NCBI GenBank assembly: GCA_965214405.1
Contig: OZ243956.1
Coordinates: 3,264,001 to 3,328,000, forward strand
DNA from: Trueperaceae bacterium
GTDB taxonomy: Bacteria; Deinococcota; Deinococci; Deinococcales; Trueperaceae
Length of the DNA stretch: 64,000 nucleotides
Direction: 5' to 3'
The position numbers and the translations under genes are program-made. Below the pieces are notes generated by a model that did no database searches, was not told the origin of the DNA, and saw only the letters and a program-made list of their open reading frames with translations. Numbering within the stretch: position 1 is the first letter of the stretch; each line of letters opens with the position of its first letter. This document shows positions 8,154-18,451 of the stretch, in pieces.

Positions 8154-8181
8154 CCCTGCCCCCTCGAAAAGGGGGGCAGGG
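8154..8181. terminator. GC-rich hairpin downstream of mltG
   Basis: CCCTGCCCCC-tcgaaaag-GGGGGCAGGG inverted repeat. Confidence 0.5.
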
Positions 8182-8309
8182 CACAGAGCTTTCTTTCTCG
8201 AGCGCAGTGGGAAACTGACTCGAGGGAATACAGCAGTTACCGAGGCAGACTGGCTTCAGACTCGCCTAACATTCAGTGTGCGAGCCTCACCAAAAGCTGC
8301 GCGTTTGAA

Positions 8310-9365
8310 CTAACGCAAGAACTCCTGCACGTCGCGCTCGTGGTCCTCCAGGGTCAGGTTGGGTCTAAACACGAGGTTGCGGTCATGCAAAAAGTAGAGG
8401 TAGGGCTCGCCCGCGGGGTTATCACGCTGCGGGTTGAGGACCGCTAAAAGCGCGGCCTGGCCGGGGTTGCTGATGGGCGTCGGGGGCAGCCCCGCGTAAA
8501 GGTAGGTGTTCCAGGGTTGGTCCACCTCAAAATCGCCCGCGGGCGCGTCGAGCGCGGTCATCGGTTTGCCGAGACCGTAAGCCACCGTCGGGTCGGACTG
8601 GAGGCGCATCCCCACGTCCAGGCGGTTGCGAAATACTCCGGCGATAATCGGCATCTCGCCCGTTGTCCCCGCCTCGGCCTGGACGACGCTCGCCAATGTG
8701 ACCCAGTCGTAGACGCTCAAGTTGTTTGCTCGGAGCGCCGCGCTCACCTCGGGCGTCAGTTCTTGGTTGAAACGCCCTAAAATCACCCCCAACGCCTCTT
8801 CCGGCGTGCTCCTTAAGGGAAACTCATAAGAAGCGGGGAAGAGGAAACCCTCGAGTCCCGCCTCCTCGGGCACATAAGAGGGGCGCAGCGCGCCAGGCTC
8901 CTGAACGAGGTTCATCAGCGCCGGTTCATCACCTAAACCCGCGTCCGCAAGCCGCGCAGTCACGTCGGTCGCGCGAAAGCCTTCAGGAATAACGATTTGC
9001 ACCACTCGAGGCCGCCCACCCGCCTCCAGCACCCGCGCGACTTCGGACGCGCTCATGGCGGGGGAGAGGCTGTAAAGCCCTTCGCCAATAGAACGGTCAA
9101 GCCCCCTGTAGCGCAGCCAGAGGCTGAACACCTGCGGCTGCCGAACAAGCCCCGCGTCTGCAAGTTCGCGCGCGACGCGCGACGCGCCCCAGCCGGGCTC
9201 GACCTCAAACGTCTGCGCCGCGCCGCTAATCTTGGGCGGCGCGAGCTGGTCTTGCAAGTAAAGCGCGCCCACGAGGGCAAGCAGCGCCAAAACGATGAGG
9301 GCGAGGAGCAGGGGTCGGGCTCGAGACCGTCTGGGCGCAGGTGTGGGGGCGGAAACGTCGCTCAC
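8310..9365 (-). CDS. mltG: Endolytic murein transglycosylase MltG (YceG-like)
   Basis: N-terminal TM helix; IPEG, LEGFLFPASY, LASVVQAE, MRLQSDPTVAYG, WNTY..GLPPTPISNPG motifs. Confidence 0.95.
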   Translation of the reverse strand: MSDVSAPTPAPRRSRARPLLLALIVLALLALVGALYLQDQLAPPKISGAAQTFEVEPGWGASRVARELADAGLVRQPQVFSLWLRYRGLDRSIGEGLYSLSPAMSASEVARVLEAGGRPRVVQIVIPEGFRATDVTARLADAGLGDEPALMNLVQEPGALRPSYVPEEAGLEGFLFPASYEFPLRSTPEEALGVILGRFNQELTPEVSAALRANNLSVYDWVTLASVVQAEAGTTGEMPIIAGVFRNRLDVGMRLQSDPTVAYGLGKPMTALDAPAGDFEVDQPWNTYLYAGLPPTPISNPGQAALLAVLNPQRDNPAGEPYLYFLHDRNLVFRPNLTLEDHERDVQEFLR

Positions 9366-9799
9366 GGACCCAGTTTACCTTCCGTACGTGAAACTTTAGC
9401 GAGATAGGTTTCCAAAATAAGCACCGCCGAGGCCTCGTCCACACTCCCCTTGTTCTGGCGTTTATGCTTGGACATCCCGCTGCCGAGCAGGTTGCGGGTG
9501 GCGATTTTGGTGGTAAAACGTTCGTCTTCGAAGACAAGCTCGAGCCCGTGGTCCTGAAGCACTTTCGCAAAGGCGCGCACTTTTTGCGTCTGCGCCGAAT
9601 CGCCGCCGTCACTCCGCCGAGGCAATCCGACGACAAGTTGTTGTGCGCCCTCGGTAAGCATGTGCGTCTCTACAGCTTTAATATCTTCTTCCAAACTGCG
9701 GCGGACGATAAAGCCGCGCCCAAAAGCGAATGACGAACCCGTCTCGCCCCTTGCCAGCCCGATGCGCGCGTCGCCTACGTCGAGGCCCAAAACAATCAC
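9362..9799 (-). CDS. ruvX: Holliday junction resolvase-like / pre-16S rRNA nuclease RuvX (YqgF)
   Basis: LGLDVGDARIGLA, VVGLP, DERFTT, VDEASAVLILETYL; GTG start at 9799 overlaps the upstream stop. Confidence 0.93.
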   Translation of the reverse strand: MIVLGLDVGDARIGLARGETGSSFAFGRGFIVRRSLEEDIKAVETHMLTEGAQQLVVGLPRRSDGGDSAQTQKVRAFAKVLQDHGLELVFEDERFTTKIATRNLLGSGMSKHKRQNKGSVDEASAVLILETYLAKVSRTEGKLGP

Positions 9800-10594
9800 G
9801 CGCTTGCCTGACGCTCCCACGCCTCGAGCACCTCCGCCACCCCGTCCTCGTCGTTGGACAGCGTGACCTGCCCCGCGCACGCCTTAGTTTCATCACTGGC
9901 GTTCGCCATCGCCACGCTTCGGCCCGCCCAGGCGAGCATTTCCTTGTCGTTGTGCTGGTCGCCAAAGGCGGCTATCTGCGAAGCGTCCACGCCTAAGTCG
10001 TTGGCGACCCACTCGAGCGCCCGGCGCTTGGTCACGCCTTTTGCAGTCACCTCGAGCAGACCCGGCAGGCTCCAGGTGCAGTGGACTGGGTGGTCACGAA
10101 GGGATTTGCTCAAAGCTTCGGCTGACTCTTTGGGATGACGAAAGAGGAGCTTGGTTACGGCGTCCTGCACAAAGCCCCGCACATTGCCGACGCTGGTTGG
10201 TTCGGTGGTGAGGCCGCGAACCGCAGCGTGCGCCTCGTCCACATACCAGCCGTGGTGGGTTTCGATGCCGCACATGATGTCGGGATAGGCGCGCTGCATC
10301 TCCTCGAGGGCCGCCAACGCCACTCTGGCGGGCATGTCGAAACGGTGCAGCGCCGTGTCGGCGTCGAAGTCATAGACAGCCCCGCCGTTGTAGACGATGG
10401 CTAAGTTCGTCAGCTTGAGTTCGCGCGCAAATGATCCGGGCGGTTCGGGGTGGGCGGCCTGTGCAGAGGATGGTGCGGACGCCTCGGTGCTCGAGCCGCC
10501 CAATCACCGCCTTGGCTCGCGGCGTAATCGTCTTCGCCGAGGTGAGGAGCGTGCCGTCCAAATCTAAGGCGATGAGCTTGGGGAGCACAGGCAC
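9796..10594 (-). pseudogene. Cof-type HAD-IIB hydrolase split by a 1-nt frameshift near 10435
   Basis: Motifs I/II (IALDLDGTLL, CTGRP) in ORF 10370-10594; YNGG, LEV..KGVTK, AFGDQHNDKEML, AMANA in ORF 9796-10503; total span 799 nt = 3n+1. Confidence 0.8.
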
Positions 10595-10607
10595 GAAGAA
10601 ACCCAGC

Positions 10608-13340
10608 TCAACTCCCTATCTCCTGCAAAATCTCGGGAAGCGCCGAGAGCGCACCCGGCACTTTTGAGGCGTCCTTGACCCCCGCCTGCGCCAAGTCAGG
10701 CCGACCGCCGCCGCCGCCGCCCGCGCGCTTGGCGACCTCGCGGACGAGGTTACCCGCGTGCGCGCCGCGTCCCTGCGCTTCTTTACCGACTTTTGCAACC
10801 AGCAGTGGCCCGCTGGCGAGCACGACCAAGTCCGCGCCGCTCTTTTGGAGCATCGCGTCGGCGGCGGTGCGGAGCGCGCCCGCGTCGAGACCGTCCAAAA
10901 GCGCAGTGCTGTAGCGAAAGCCCGCGGCCTCCCTTACAGCACTCGAGCCCCCGCCCGACGTCTGCGCCGCCGCCAGCTTGTCGCGCAGCCCCGCCGCCTC
11001 GCGCCCCGCCGCCTTGAGGTCGCCCTGAAGTTTCCCGACGCGCTCGGCCAGCTCGTCCGGTTTTGCGCCGAGTTCTCTCGAGAGCGCGTTCACGTTCTCC
11101 CGCAGGTCGCGCACAAAAGAAACCGCGGCCATCCCGACGGCGGCCTCGATCCGGCGCACCCCCGCCGAGACTGCCTCTTCTGAAGTGATGATAAAGAAGC
11201 CGATTTCGCCCGTGCGCTTGACGTGGGTGCCGCCGCAGAGTTCGGTGGAGACGGTTTTTATGTTGGCTGTGGGCGTGTCGGCCTCTCCGCTTCTATCTCC
11301 TGTCGCACCATCCCCTGTTGCACTACCCATCGTCACCATGCGGACGTTTGCGCCGTACTTCTCGCCGAAGAGCATCATTGCGCCTTGAGAGCGCGCCTCA
11401 CTAATGGGCACCACGCGCCAACTCACCTCGAAGTCGGCCTGAATCCAGCGGTTAACGAGGGTCTCAATCTCCTTTATTTCTCCCTGAGAGAGCGCCTGCG
11501 GGTGCGAGAAGTCGAAGCGCAGCCGGTCGGGCGCGACGAGCGAGCCCGCCTGCGCGACGTGCCGCCCTAGCACGCTCCGCAGCGCGGCGTGCAGGAGGTG
11601 GGTGGCGCTGTGGTGTTTTTCTGTGTCGCGGCGGCAGGGGTCCACGGCAGCGCGGATTGTTGCGCTGGGCTCGAGCCTCCCCCTCAAAACCCGCACCTGA
11701 TGCAGAAACAGCCCCTGTTTGCTCTTTGTCGTGCCGCTCACCGCCGCCTTGCCGCCCGGCCACTCGAGCACCCCGCTGTCGCCAAGCTGCCCGCCGCCCT
11801 CGGCGTAAAAGGGCGTTTGGTCGAGAATCACCTGGACGCTCTCGCTCTCGGTTGCTTCACGCACCGTTTCGTCCTCACGGAGGAGCGCCACCACGCGCGC
11901 CTCGCTCTCGGTCTCGTCGTAGCCCAAAAACTCAGTCTCGCCGTGCTCGCCCGCGATTTGGCCCAACGTGTCTTTACTGGCAGCAAAGAGCGCCCCCGCC
12001 TCCTTGCCGCCCCGCGACACCTCCCTGGCCGCCTCACGCGCCTCTCTGTAGCCCGCCCGGTCCACGCTAAAACCCCGCTCGGCGGCCATCTCCTCAGTAA
12101 GGTCCAGGGGAAAGCCGTACGTCTGCCATAAGTCAAAGGCGACCTCGCCAGAAAGTTCACTTCCCTCGAGATTATTAAAGAGGTGCGAGACGCGGGTAAT
12201 ACCCGCCTCGAGCGTCCGTAAAAAACTCTCCTCTTCGGTCCGGATGATGCCCTGGATGCGCTCTTTGGCGTCCTCCAACTCCGGGTACGCCTCACCCATC
12301 GCCTCGACAACCTGTTCAACCAATCTGTACAGCACGGGCTCGCGCAAGCCCAAAAGCCACGCGTGGCGCGCGGCGCGGCGGATGAGCATCTTGACGACGT
12401 AACCCGCGCCGTCGTTGGCGGGCAGCACGCCGTCATTCACCGCAAAGGTAACCGCGCGCACGTGGTCGGCGATGACGCGGTGCGATAGGCTCTCCACGCC
12501 CCGGTAGGGCTTGTTAGAGAGCGCCGCCACCCGCCGGATGGTGGGCTGGAACAGGTCGGTGGCGTAAGCGTCCTCAACGCCGCTCATGACCGCGGCTAGA
12601 CGTTCAAAGCCCAAACCCGTATCAATGTTCTGCTGCGGCAGCGGCACTAGCGCGCCCCCATCCTGGCGGTCGAACTGGGTAAAGACCAAGTTCCAGACCT
12701 CGATAAAGCGGTCTCCCGAGCCCGTGTTGGGTCCCGTTTCGTCGGGCGTGCCGTACTGGGGGCCGCGGTCATAAAAGATTTCCGAGCAGGGGCCGCAGGG
12801 GCCGTTAGGGCCTTGCGACACCGCGTTGGCGGGCCAGAAGTTCTCGTCTTCGCCCCACCTCGAGATGCGCGCCTCGGGCACGCCGACATGGTCACGCCAC
12901 ACCTCGAAAGCCTCGTCGTCGTCTAAATAAACCGTCACATAAAGGCGGTCGGGCTCGAGCCCCATCCATTCACTCGAGGTCAGAAACTCCCAGGCCCAGG
13001 CCGCCGCCTCGCGCTTGAAATAATCGCCAAACGAAAAGTTTCCCATCATCTCAAAAAACGAGTGATGCCGCAACGTGCGCCCGACGTTCTCGATGTCGCC
13101 CACCCGCAAACACTTCTGCGCCGTGGTGACGCGGTGCCAGACGCCCTCATACCCGGCGAACTTGGGCGTCGCGCCCAAAAAATAGGGCTTGAACTGCACC
13201 ATCCCCGCCGAGGTGAAAAGCAGCGTCGGGTCGTCGCTTTTCAGCGAAGACGAGGGGTAGACGAGGTGGTTTTTGGCCCTGAAGAACTCCAAGTATTTTT
13301 GTCTTAGCTCGTTGATGTTGATGGCCTGGGTGGGTTGCAT
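10608..13340 (-). CDS. alaS: Alanine--tRNA ligase
   Basis: DDPTLLFTSAGMVQFK, HHSFFEMMGNFSFGDYFK, IDTGLGFERL, HSATHLLH, ELCGGTHV, GGGGGRPDLAQAG. Confidence 0.99.
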   Translation of the reverse strand: MQPTQAININELRQKYLEFFRAKNHLVYPSSSLKSDDPTLLFTSAGMVQFKPYFLGATPKFAGYEGVWHRVTTAQKCLRVGDIENVGRTLRHHSFFEMMGNFSFGDYFKREAAAWAWEFLTSSEWMGLEPDRLYVTVYLDDDEAFEVWRDHVGVPEARISRWGEDENFWPANAVSQGPNGPCGPCSEIFYDRGPQYGTPDETGPNTGSGDRFIEVWNLVFTQFDRQDGGALVPLPQQNIDTGLGFERLAAVMSGVEDAYATDLFQPTIRRVAALSNKPYRGVESLSHRVIADHVRAVTFAVNDGVLPANDGAGYVVKMLIRRAARHAWLLGLREPVLYRLVEQVVEAMGEAYPELEDAKERIQGIIRTEEESFLRTLEAGITRVSHLFNNLEGSELSGEVAFDLWQTYGFPLDLTEEMAAERGFSVDRAGYREAREAAREVSRGGKEAGALFAASKDTLGQIAGEHGETEFLGYDETESEARVVALLREDETVREATESESVQVILDQTPFYAEGGGQLGDSGVLEWPGGKAAVSGTTKSKQGLFLHQVRVLRGRLEPSATIRAAVDPCRRDTEKHHSATHLLHAALRSVLGRHVAQAGSLVAPDRLRFDFSHPQALSQGEIKEIETLVNRWIQADFEVSWRVVPISEARSQGAMMLFGEKYGANVRMVTMGSATGDGATGDRSGEADTPTANIKTVSTELCGGTHVKRTGEIGFFIITSEEAVSAGVRRIEAAVGMAAVSFVRDLRENVNALSRELGAKPDELAERVGKLQGDLKAAGREAAGLRDKLAAAQTSGGGSSAVREAAGFRYSTALLDGLDAGALRTAADAMLQKSGADLVVLASGPLLVAKVGKEAQGRGAHAGNLVREVAKRAGGGGGGRPDLAQAGVKDASKVPGALSALPEILQEIGS

Positions 13341-13442
13341 AAAGTGCCTCCTGCTTACACTGGTTTTTGATTATACAGGGGCTCGAGGCGGAGGAGGGTA
13401 GTAGGTGGCCTGAGCGTGTTGAGAGTTCTAGCCGGGCGTTTG

Positions 13443-14018
13443 TCAAATTTCCCACGTGGAGCTGTAAGTTCTTTTCGAAAGTAAGCGGCAGAGCTCCGTC
13501 ATAACGGACATACTTTTCTCAACGCGCTGCATCTTTTCGGCGTCGAGCCGACCATCCGACCAGTGACGGTTATGCGCGTAGATATGATAGGGATTGATGA
13601 TGCACTTGAAGTCGAGCATGAGCGAGGTCGCCATCTCTCTAAAAGCCGTGTAGCTGTGGGGCAAACCGCCCGAATTGGCAAAGGTAATCACCTTGTCGAA
13701 CAGCGCCCCCTCGAGCGAGCCGTCCGGCGGCGTGGACCCGATATATTCGACATACTTTTTGAGTTCCGAGCTGACGCCCCAGTTGTAGACCGGACTGCAC
13801 ATCACGATACCGTCGCTCTCACGCGTGGCCTTGTGAAGCTGCTGGTACACGGGCGTCTGATAAATGGTGTCGTTGTCAAAGTTGGGTATCTCAAGCTCAG
13901 CTAAATCGACAAACGCGGTTTTGACGTCAAGCGGCTCGAGCACACGCTGGCAGATATGGGCGAGTTCGCGGCTACGGCTGTTCTTGTCGAGGCTGGAACT
14001 TAGGATGAGGACTCTCAC
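13443..14018 (-). CDS. NADPH-dependent FMN reductase family protein
   Basis: Flavodoxin-like fold: LSSSLDKNSRS, DGIVMCSPVYNWGVSSELK. Confidence 0.85.
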   Translation of the reverse strand: MRVLILSSSLDKNSRSRELAHICQRVLEPLDVKTAFVDLAELEIPNFDNDTIYQTPVYQQLHKATRESDGIVMCSPVYNWGVSSELKKYVEYIGSTPPDGSLEGALFDKVITFANSGGLPHSYTAFREMATSLMLDFKCIINPYHIYAHNRHWSDGRLDAEKMQRVEKSMSVMTELCRLLSKRTYSSTWEI

Positions 14019-14126
14019 GGCTTTACGATACTCGGGTTGCTTATTGTCTAGCGGATATTAGCAACTCTGATGATAAAGGCTCGAGAGCGCACGTAGAAAT
14101 GTGCGGCGCGTGCTAAAGTCCAACGC

Positions 14127-14360
14127 ATGGAAACGCAAAACCTTACCCTGCGTCTTCCCAAACCGCTCCTCAAAAAGGCCAAGCAGCTAGCCGCCGAAAG
14201 GGGCACCACGCTCACCGCGCTTGTCATAGAAGGACTCACCCGCACCACAAGCGGCAATGAAGCCTACGACGCCGCCTGGGAGCGGCAGCGGGCGCTGATG
14301 CGTGAGGGTAGGAAACGCGAAGAAGCTTTTTTAGACCGCGACGCGTTGCATGAGTGTTAG
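14127..14360 (+). CDS. Antitoxin, ribbon-helix-helix/CopG-like
   Basis: QNLTLRLPKPLLKKAKQLAAERGTTLTALV; ends in RDALHE and overlaps the PIN gene. Confidence 0.85.
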   Translation: METQNLTLRLPKPLLKKAKQLAAERGTTLTALVIEGLTRTTSGNEAYDAAWERQRALMREGRKREEAFLDRDALHEC

Positions 14361-14763
14361 TCTGACGTTTGTAGACACCAACATTCTCCTTTACGCCTGC
14401 GACCACAGCGAACCCGCCAAGCAGGCGAGAGCGGAAGCGTTGCTGAACGAGCTTTGGGAGCGCCGTACGGGGTGCTTGAGCATTCAAGTGTTGCAAGAAT
14501 TTTACGTAAACGCGACGCGAAAGCTTCGGCTCGAGCCCTCCGCCGCACGACAAATCATTGAAGATTACTCTCTCTGGTTCGTTCACGCGCCCACCACCGC
14601 CGACGTTACCGGCGCAATTGACTTGCGGGAAGCGCACCGCCTGTCCTTTTGGGATGCGATGGTTGTGCAGAGCGCGCTCACGCTCGGCTGCGGGGTGCTC
14701 TGGTCAGAAGACCTGAACCCCGGTGAGCGTTTTGGGGCGCTCGAGCTGCGCACGCCCTTCTAA
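14350..14763 (+). CDS. vapC: PIN-domain (VapC-type) toxin
   Basis: FVDTNILLY, SIQVLQEFY, LSFWDAMVV, LWSEDL. Confidence 0.92.
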   Translation: MSVSLTFVDTNILLYACDHSEPAKQARAEALLNELWERRTGCLSIQVLQEFYVNATRKLRLEPSAARQIIEDYSLWFVHAPTTADVTGAIDLREAHRLSFWDAMVVQSALTLGCGVLWSEDLNPGERFGALELRTPF

Positions 14764-14825
14764 CGTCAGCCCTCGTTTTCAAACTCCAACGGTTTGTTCG
14801 TTCAAATCAACGAGGGAGCAACCGC

Positions 14826-15749
14826 TTAGGTTTCGGAACCCTCGAGCAACCCCTCAATCTCCTCTCTGGTCGGCAAGCTCGGCTGCGCGCCCTCTTTGGT
14901 GGTGGCGAGCGCGCCCGCCGTGTTGGCGAAGCGCAGGGCGGGCTCGAGCCCCTTCTCTTCAGCCAGGGCAACCGCAAACGCGCCGCAAAAGGCGTCGCCT
15001 GCGGCGGTGGTGTCGATGGCTTTGACGTTGTGAGGCTCGAGCTTTCCTTCTCCGTCATCACTTGACCAGACAAGCCCGCGCGCGCCTAAGGTAACCACAA
15101 CCTTTTCGGCCCCGCGTTCACGTAAAGACTGAGCGGCGGCGAGAGCACTCTCAGCGTCCGTTACACTTGACCCGCTGAGGAGCGCCGCTTCTCCTTCGTT
15201 GACCACCAGATAGCGAATTTTTGACAGAAGCTCATCCGCAAGAGGTTGCGCGGGGGCGGGGTTGAGGAGCACCGGGACGCCGAGCGCTGCCGCCGCCTCG
15301 GCTACGGTTTGGACGGTGGGGAGGGGAATCTCGAGCTGCATCACTACAAGCGCCGCGCCGTCAAGCATCCCTTCTTCAAAATCTTTAGGGCTCAGTTTGC
15401 CGTTCGCGCCTGGGCTCACCACAATCATGTTCTGCCCGTCCGCGTCCACGGTGATAAGCGCGACGCCGCTGAGTCCTTCAACAGTTCTAACGCGTTCGGT
15501 ATCCACCCCGGCCTCCCGCAAAGCCTCTCTTAACGCGTCTCCATAAGCGTCGGAGCCGACGAGGCCGAGCATCGCCACGTCTCCGCCCGCCTTGGACGCG
15601 GCGGCGGCCTGGTTCGCGCCCTTGCCGCCGGGGATGGTGCGGGTGTCGCCGCCAAGCACCGTGTCGCCGGGCTTGGGATGCGTTTCGACTGTGACGACTA
15701 AGTCCATGTTGAGGCTGCCGACGACAAGGATGCGGTTGGGGCGTTTCAT
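14826..15749 (-). CDS. rbsK: Ribokinase
   Basis: VVGSLNMDL, PGGKGANQA, MQLEIP, LNPAPA, NEGEA, DTTAAGDAFCG. Confidence 0.95.
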   Translation of the reverse strand: MKRPNRILVVGSLNMDLVVTVETHPKPGDTVLGGDTRTIPGGKGANQAAAASKAGGDVAMLGLVGSDAYGDALREALREAGVDTERVRTVEGLSGVALITVDADGQNMIVVSPGANGKLSPKDFEEGMLDGAALVVMQLEIPLPTVQTVAEAAAALGVPVLLNPAPAQPLADELLSKIRYLVVNEGEAALLSGSSVTDAESALAAAQSLRERGAEKVVVTLGARGLVWSSDDGEGKLEPHNVKAIDTTAAGDAFCGAFAVALAEEKGLEPALRFANTAGALATTKEGAQPSLPTREEIEGLLEGSET

Positions 15750-15870
15750 ACACCCATTGTTTCATATGCTTACGGTGTGGTTCGGGGATGCGCGGCGACT
15801 CCGTCCGGTTTTGTGATGCTCCCGCCCCTCCCGTGCTATAAAAAGAGTCGCATTTAATGGAGGGGGACTT

Positions 15871-16665
15871 ATGAAGAATTTGATGACGCTGGAAGGAAAA
15901 GTGGCCTTAGTAACGGGCGCGGGCTCGGGCATCGGCGCGGCCACGGCCAAGCGCTTTGCCGAGGCGGGGGCCAGGGTGGGTTTGGCGGCGCGCACCAAAG
16001 AGGAGCTCGAGGCCGTCAAAGATGACATTGAGGCAGCCGGAGGCGAGGCGCTGGTTTTAACCGTGGACATTTCCGACGTGGACTCGCTTAAAGAAGCGTA
16101 CGAGACGCTGTTGGACCGTTGGGGACGGCTCGACGTGGTCTTCGCCAACGCCGGGGTGAACGGCGTGTGGGCACCCATCGAAGACTTAGAGATGGACGAG
16201 TGGAAAAAAACCATCGACATCAACTTGAGCGGCACCTTTGCAACGATAAAGTTCGCGGTGCCGCACCTCAGAAAGCAGGGCGGCGCGATCGTCGTGACCG
16301 CGTCGGTCAACGGCACGCGCATGTTTTCGAACTCGGGCGCGACCGCCTACGCCTCGACCAAGGCGGCGCAGGTGGCGATGACGAAGATGCTCGCCTTAGA
16401 GCTTGCCAAGCACCGCATCCGCGTCAACGTCATTTGTCCGGGTGCCATCGACACGCAGATTGACGAAAACACCGAGCAGCGCAACACCGAAGCGGCGCGC
16501 GAGCCTGTGGAGTTTCCCGAGGGGCAAATCCCACTTACCGACGGTGAACCCGGCACTTCTGAAGAGGTCGCGGAGTTGGTGCTTTTTCTCTCCTCGGACG
16601 CGTCCACGCACATCACGGGTACGGAAATGTGGATTGACGGGGGTCAGTCGTTGCTGCAGGGTTGA
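15871..16665 (+). CDS. SDR family oxidoreductase
   Basis: TGAGSGIG, FANAG, YASTK catalytic motif, RVNVICPG. Confidence 0.95.
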   Translation: MKNLMTLEGKVALVTGAGSGIGAATAKRFAEAGARVGLAARTKEELEAVKDDIEAAGGEALVLTVDISDVDSLKEAYETLLDRWGRLDVVFANAGVNGVWAPIEDLEMDEWKKTIDINLSGTFATIKFAVPHLRKQGGAIVVTASVNGTRMFSNSGATAYASTKAAQVAMTKMLALELAKHRIRVNVICPGAIDTQIDENTEQRNTEAAREPVEFPEGQIPLTDGEPGTSEEVAELVLFLSSDASTHITGTEMWIDGGQSLLQG

Positions 16666-16680
16666 GTTCAAGGAGGTTGT

Positions 16681-17568
16681 GTGCCTGTACTTTACATCGT
16701 TCTCACGCTTTTGGGGCTCCTCCTCCTCCTCATTCTTTGGGGCCTCCTCGAGCCCTACACCATCGACGTGCAGGAGCAGCGGGGCGAGATTCCAGGTTTG
16801 CCCGACTCCTGGGTGGGCGCGCGGGTCGCGGTGATTGGCGATATCCAGATAGGCATGTGGCTCACCAACATCTCCACGGTGCGCCGCATCGTCCGCAAAA
16901 TCGTCCGTGAAAAGCCCGACCTGGTGCTCTTAACGGGCGACTTTGTTTATGACAAACGGAGCGCCATCACCGAAGCGGTGAGCCTGGTGCGCCCGCTTGC
17001 CAAAGCAGCGTTGCCCGTTTACGCGGTGCTCGGTAACCACGACTACGCAATGCCCACAAAAAAAGATGATGGGGACCAGGGGTTGGTGGACGCCTTGGAA
17101 GAGGCGTTGGAAGAGGTCGGCATTCCTGTTCTACACAATGAAGCGGTGAAGCTCGAGTCTTCAGCAGGCGAAGCCCTCTACCTCGTCGCCGTCGGCGCGC
17201 ACGTCCCGGAAGACGACCACCCCGAAAAGGCGCTTGCCGAGGTGCCCGAGGACGCCCCCCGCATCGCGCTGATGCACCACCCCGCCTCGTTTGACAAGTT
17301 TCCCGCCCACAGCGCGCCCCTGGCCGTGGCGGGTCACACCCACGGCGGCCAAATCAGTCTGCCGGGCTCGCCCTACTGGACCTACCTCACCTATTTTTAT
17401 GGCGATGACATCTACATAGCCGGTTGGGTGGACGACCCCGCGGTGCGTGGCTACGGCGCGGAGGGCAACCACTTGTACATCAACCGCGGCATCGGCTTTA
17501 GCGTGGTGCCCCTAAGGATTCGCTGTCAGCCCGAACTCACCTTTTTTACGCTCGAGCGCCCCGCCTAA
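16681..17568 (+). CDS. Membrane-anchored metallophosphoesterase (YkuE-like)
   Basis: GDIQ, TGDFV, LGNHD, HHP, GHTHGGQ motifs. Confidence 0.9.
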   Translation: MPVLYIVLTLLGLLLLLILWGLLEPYTIDVQEQRGEIPGLPDSWVGARVAVIGDIQIGMWLTNISTVRRIVRKIVREKPDLVLLTGDFVYDKRSAITEAVSLVRPLAKAALPVYAVLGNHDYAMPTKKDDGDQGLVDALEEALEEVGIPVLHNEAVKLESSAGEALYLVAVGAHVPEDDHPEKALAEVPEDAPRIALMHHPASFDKFPAHSAPLAVAGHTHGGQISLPGSPYWTYLTYFYGDDIYIAGWVDDPAVRGYGAEGNHLYINRGIGFSVVPLRIRCQPELTFFTLERPA

Positions 17569-17679
17569 CGCTCCCGCCTTTGATTTTCCCCCTCAACTTT
17601 TTTCCGCACTCCCTCCTGATACGAGTCTCCCTGACTGTTTCGGGCGTCTTCCCCACGTATTCTCTCTTCAGGAGGATTT

Positions 17680-18075
17680 ATGGCAAGCGATATGGCGCAA
17701 AAGTTTATGGACACGCTTCAGGAAATCGAGAATTCAAAAGACGTAACGCCGCTCGTGCAAATGTTCGCCGAGGACGCCGAGCTGCGCAGGCTCTCGCAAG
17801 AAACGATGACCGGCAAGGACGGTGCGCGCGAGTTCTGGGAAGAGTATTTGGAGATGTTCGAGACGATTCACTCGGACTTTAACCACGTTATTGAGGGGGA
17901 CAACGGGATTTTGCTCGAGTGGAAGTCCAGCGGCAAACTGTCAAACGGCAAGGCGCTCGAGTACCGCGGCGTGAGCATTTTTGAAGCTGACGGGGACAAG
18001 GTCACGAATTTTCGGACCTATTACGACTCGGCGGTGTTTACGGGTGACGAAGTGGAGGGGGCCAAGCACAGGTAG
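17680..18075 (+). CDS. SnoaL/NTF2-like protein
   Basis: FAEDAEL, GKDGAREFWEEY, YRGVSIFE...FRTYYD; AGGAGG SD. Confidence 0.85.
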   Translation: MASDMAQKFMDTLQEIENSKDVTPLVQMFAEDAELRRLSQETMTGKDGAREFWEEYLEMFETIHSDFNHVIEGDNGILLEWKSSGKLSNGKALEYRGVSIFEADGDKVTNFRTYYDSAVFTGDEVEGAKHR

Positions 18076-18238
18076 GTTTGGGTGAGAGGGCTCGAGCGAG
18101 AAAGCAGTCACGCCTCAGTTTGACGCGCAGATAAACCGCAAAAAGAAGGAGGGGAAAGTGACGTGAATGTAGTCACTAAAACCCCTCTTATAAGAAGTAA
18201 TGTTCAGCTACTTCCTTTCATCCTGTTACACTGTCGTT

Positions 18239-18448
18239 ATGAAAGACCTATTGACCGTCGTTGAGACGTTGCCGCCAGAATTGCAAACGGAGGTCTACGA
18301 ATACGCCTTGTCACTCCGGGAGACGCCTTTACCTCAGCCTTTACCTCACAGTCAGCCGCTCATCCTCGATATGCATAAAGGCGCACTGACAATGGCAAGC
18401 GACTTTGACGAAGCTCTGCCCGATACCTTTTGGCTCGGTGAGGAATGA
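18239..18448 (+). CDS. Antitoxin (DUF2281-like)
   Basis: VETLPPELQTEVYEY..L and KG...MASDFDEALPD.F patterns; upstream of a PIN toxin; TACACT -10 six nt before ATG. Confidence 0.75.
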   Translation: MKDLLTVVETLPPELQTEVYEYALSLRETPLPQPLPHSQPLILDMHKGALTMASDFDEALPDTFWLGEE

Positions 18449-18451
18449 CGT

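Noticed and set aside
7800..8300. ORF 8139-8447 and a possible Rex box (TTCAC-n7-GTGAA near 7931)
   Set aside because: The ORF overlaps mltG antisense with no protein signature; the palindrome orientation and spacing do not fit Rex TTGTGAA-n4-TTCACAA.
9800..9880. N-terminal extension of ruvX (also long upstream extensions of cdd, the GGDEF gene and ftsH)
   Set aside because: The extensions overlap neighbouring genes or are low-complexity; downstream starts fit family N-termini and SD or overlap positions better.
11255..11330. Short insertion (ATGDGATGDRSGEADTP) in the AlaRS editing domain as a mini-intein
   Set aside because: About 20 aa with no splicing motifs; looks like a loop expansion.
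10616..13455. Many long alternative-frame ORFs over alaS (likewise over ftsH, the ABC genes, floA and aguA)
   Set aside because: Shadow ORFs expected in high-GC DNA: Arg/Pro/Ala-rich and overlapping confidently identified genes.
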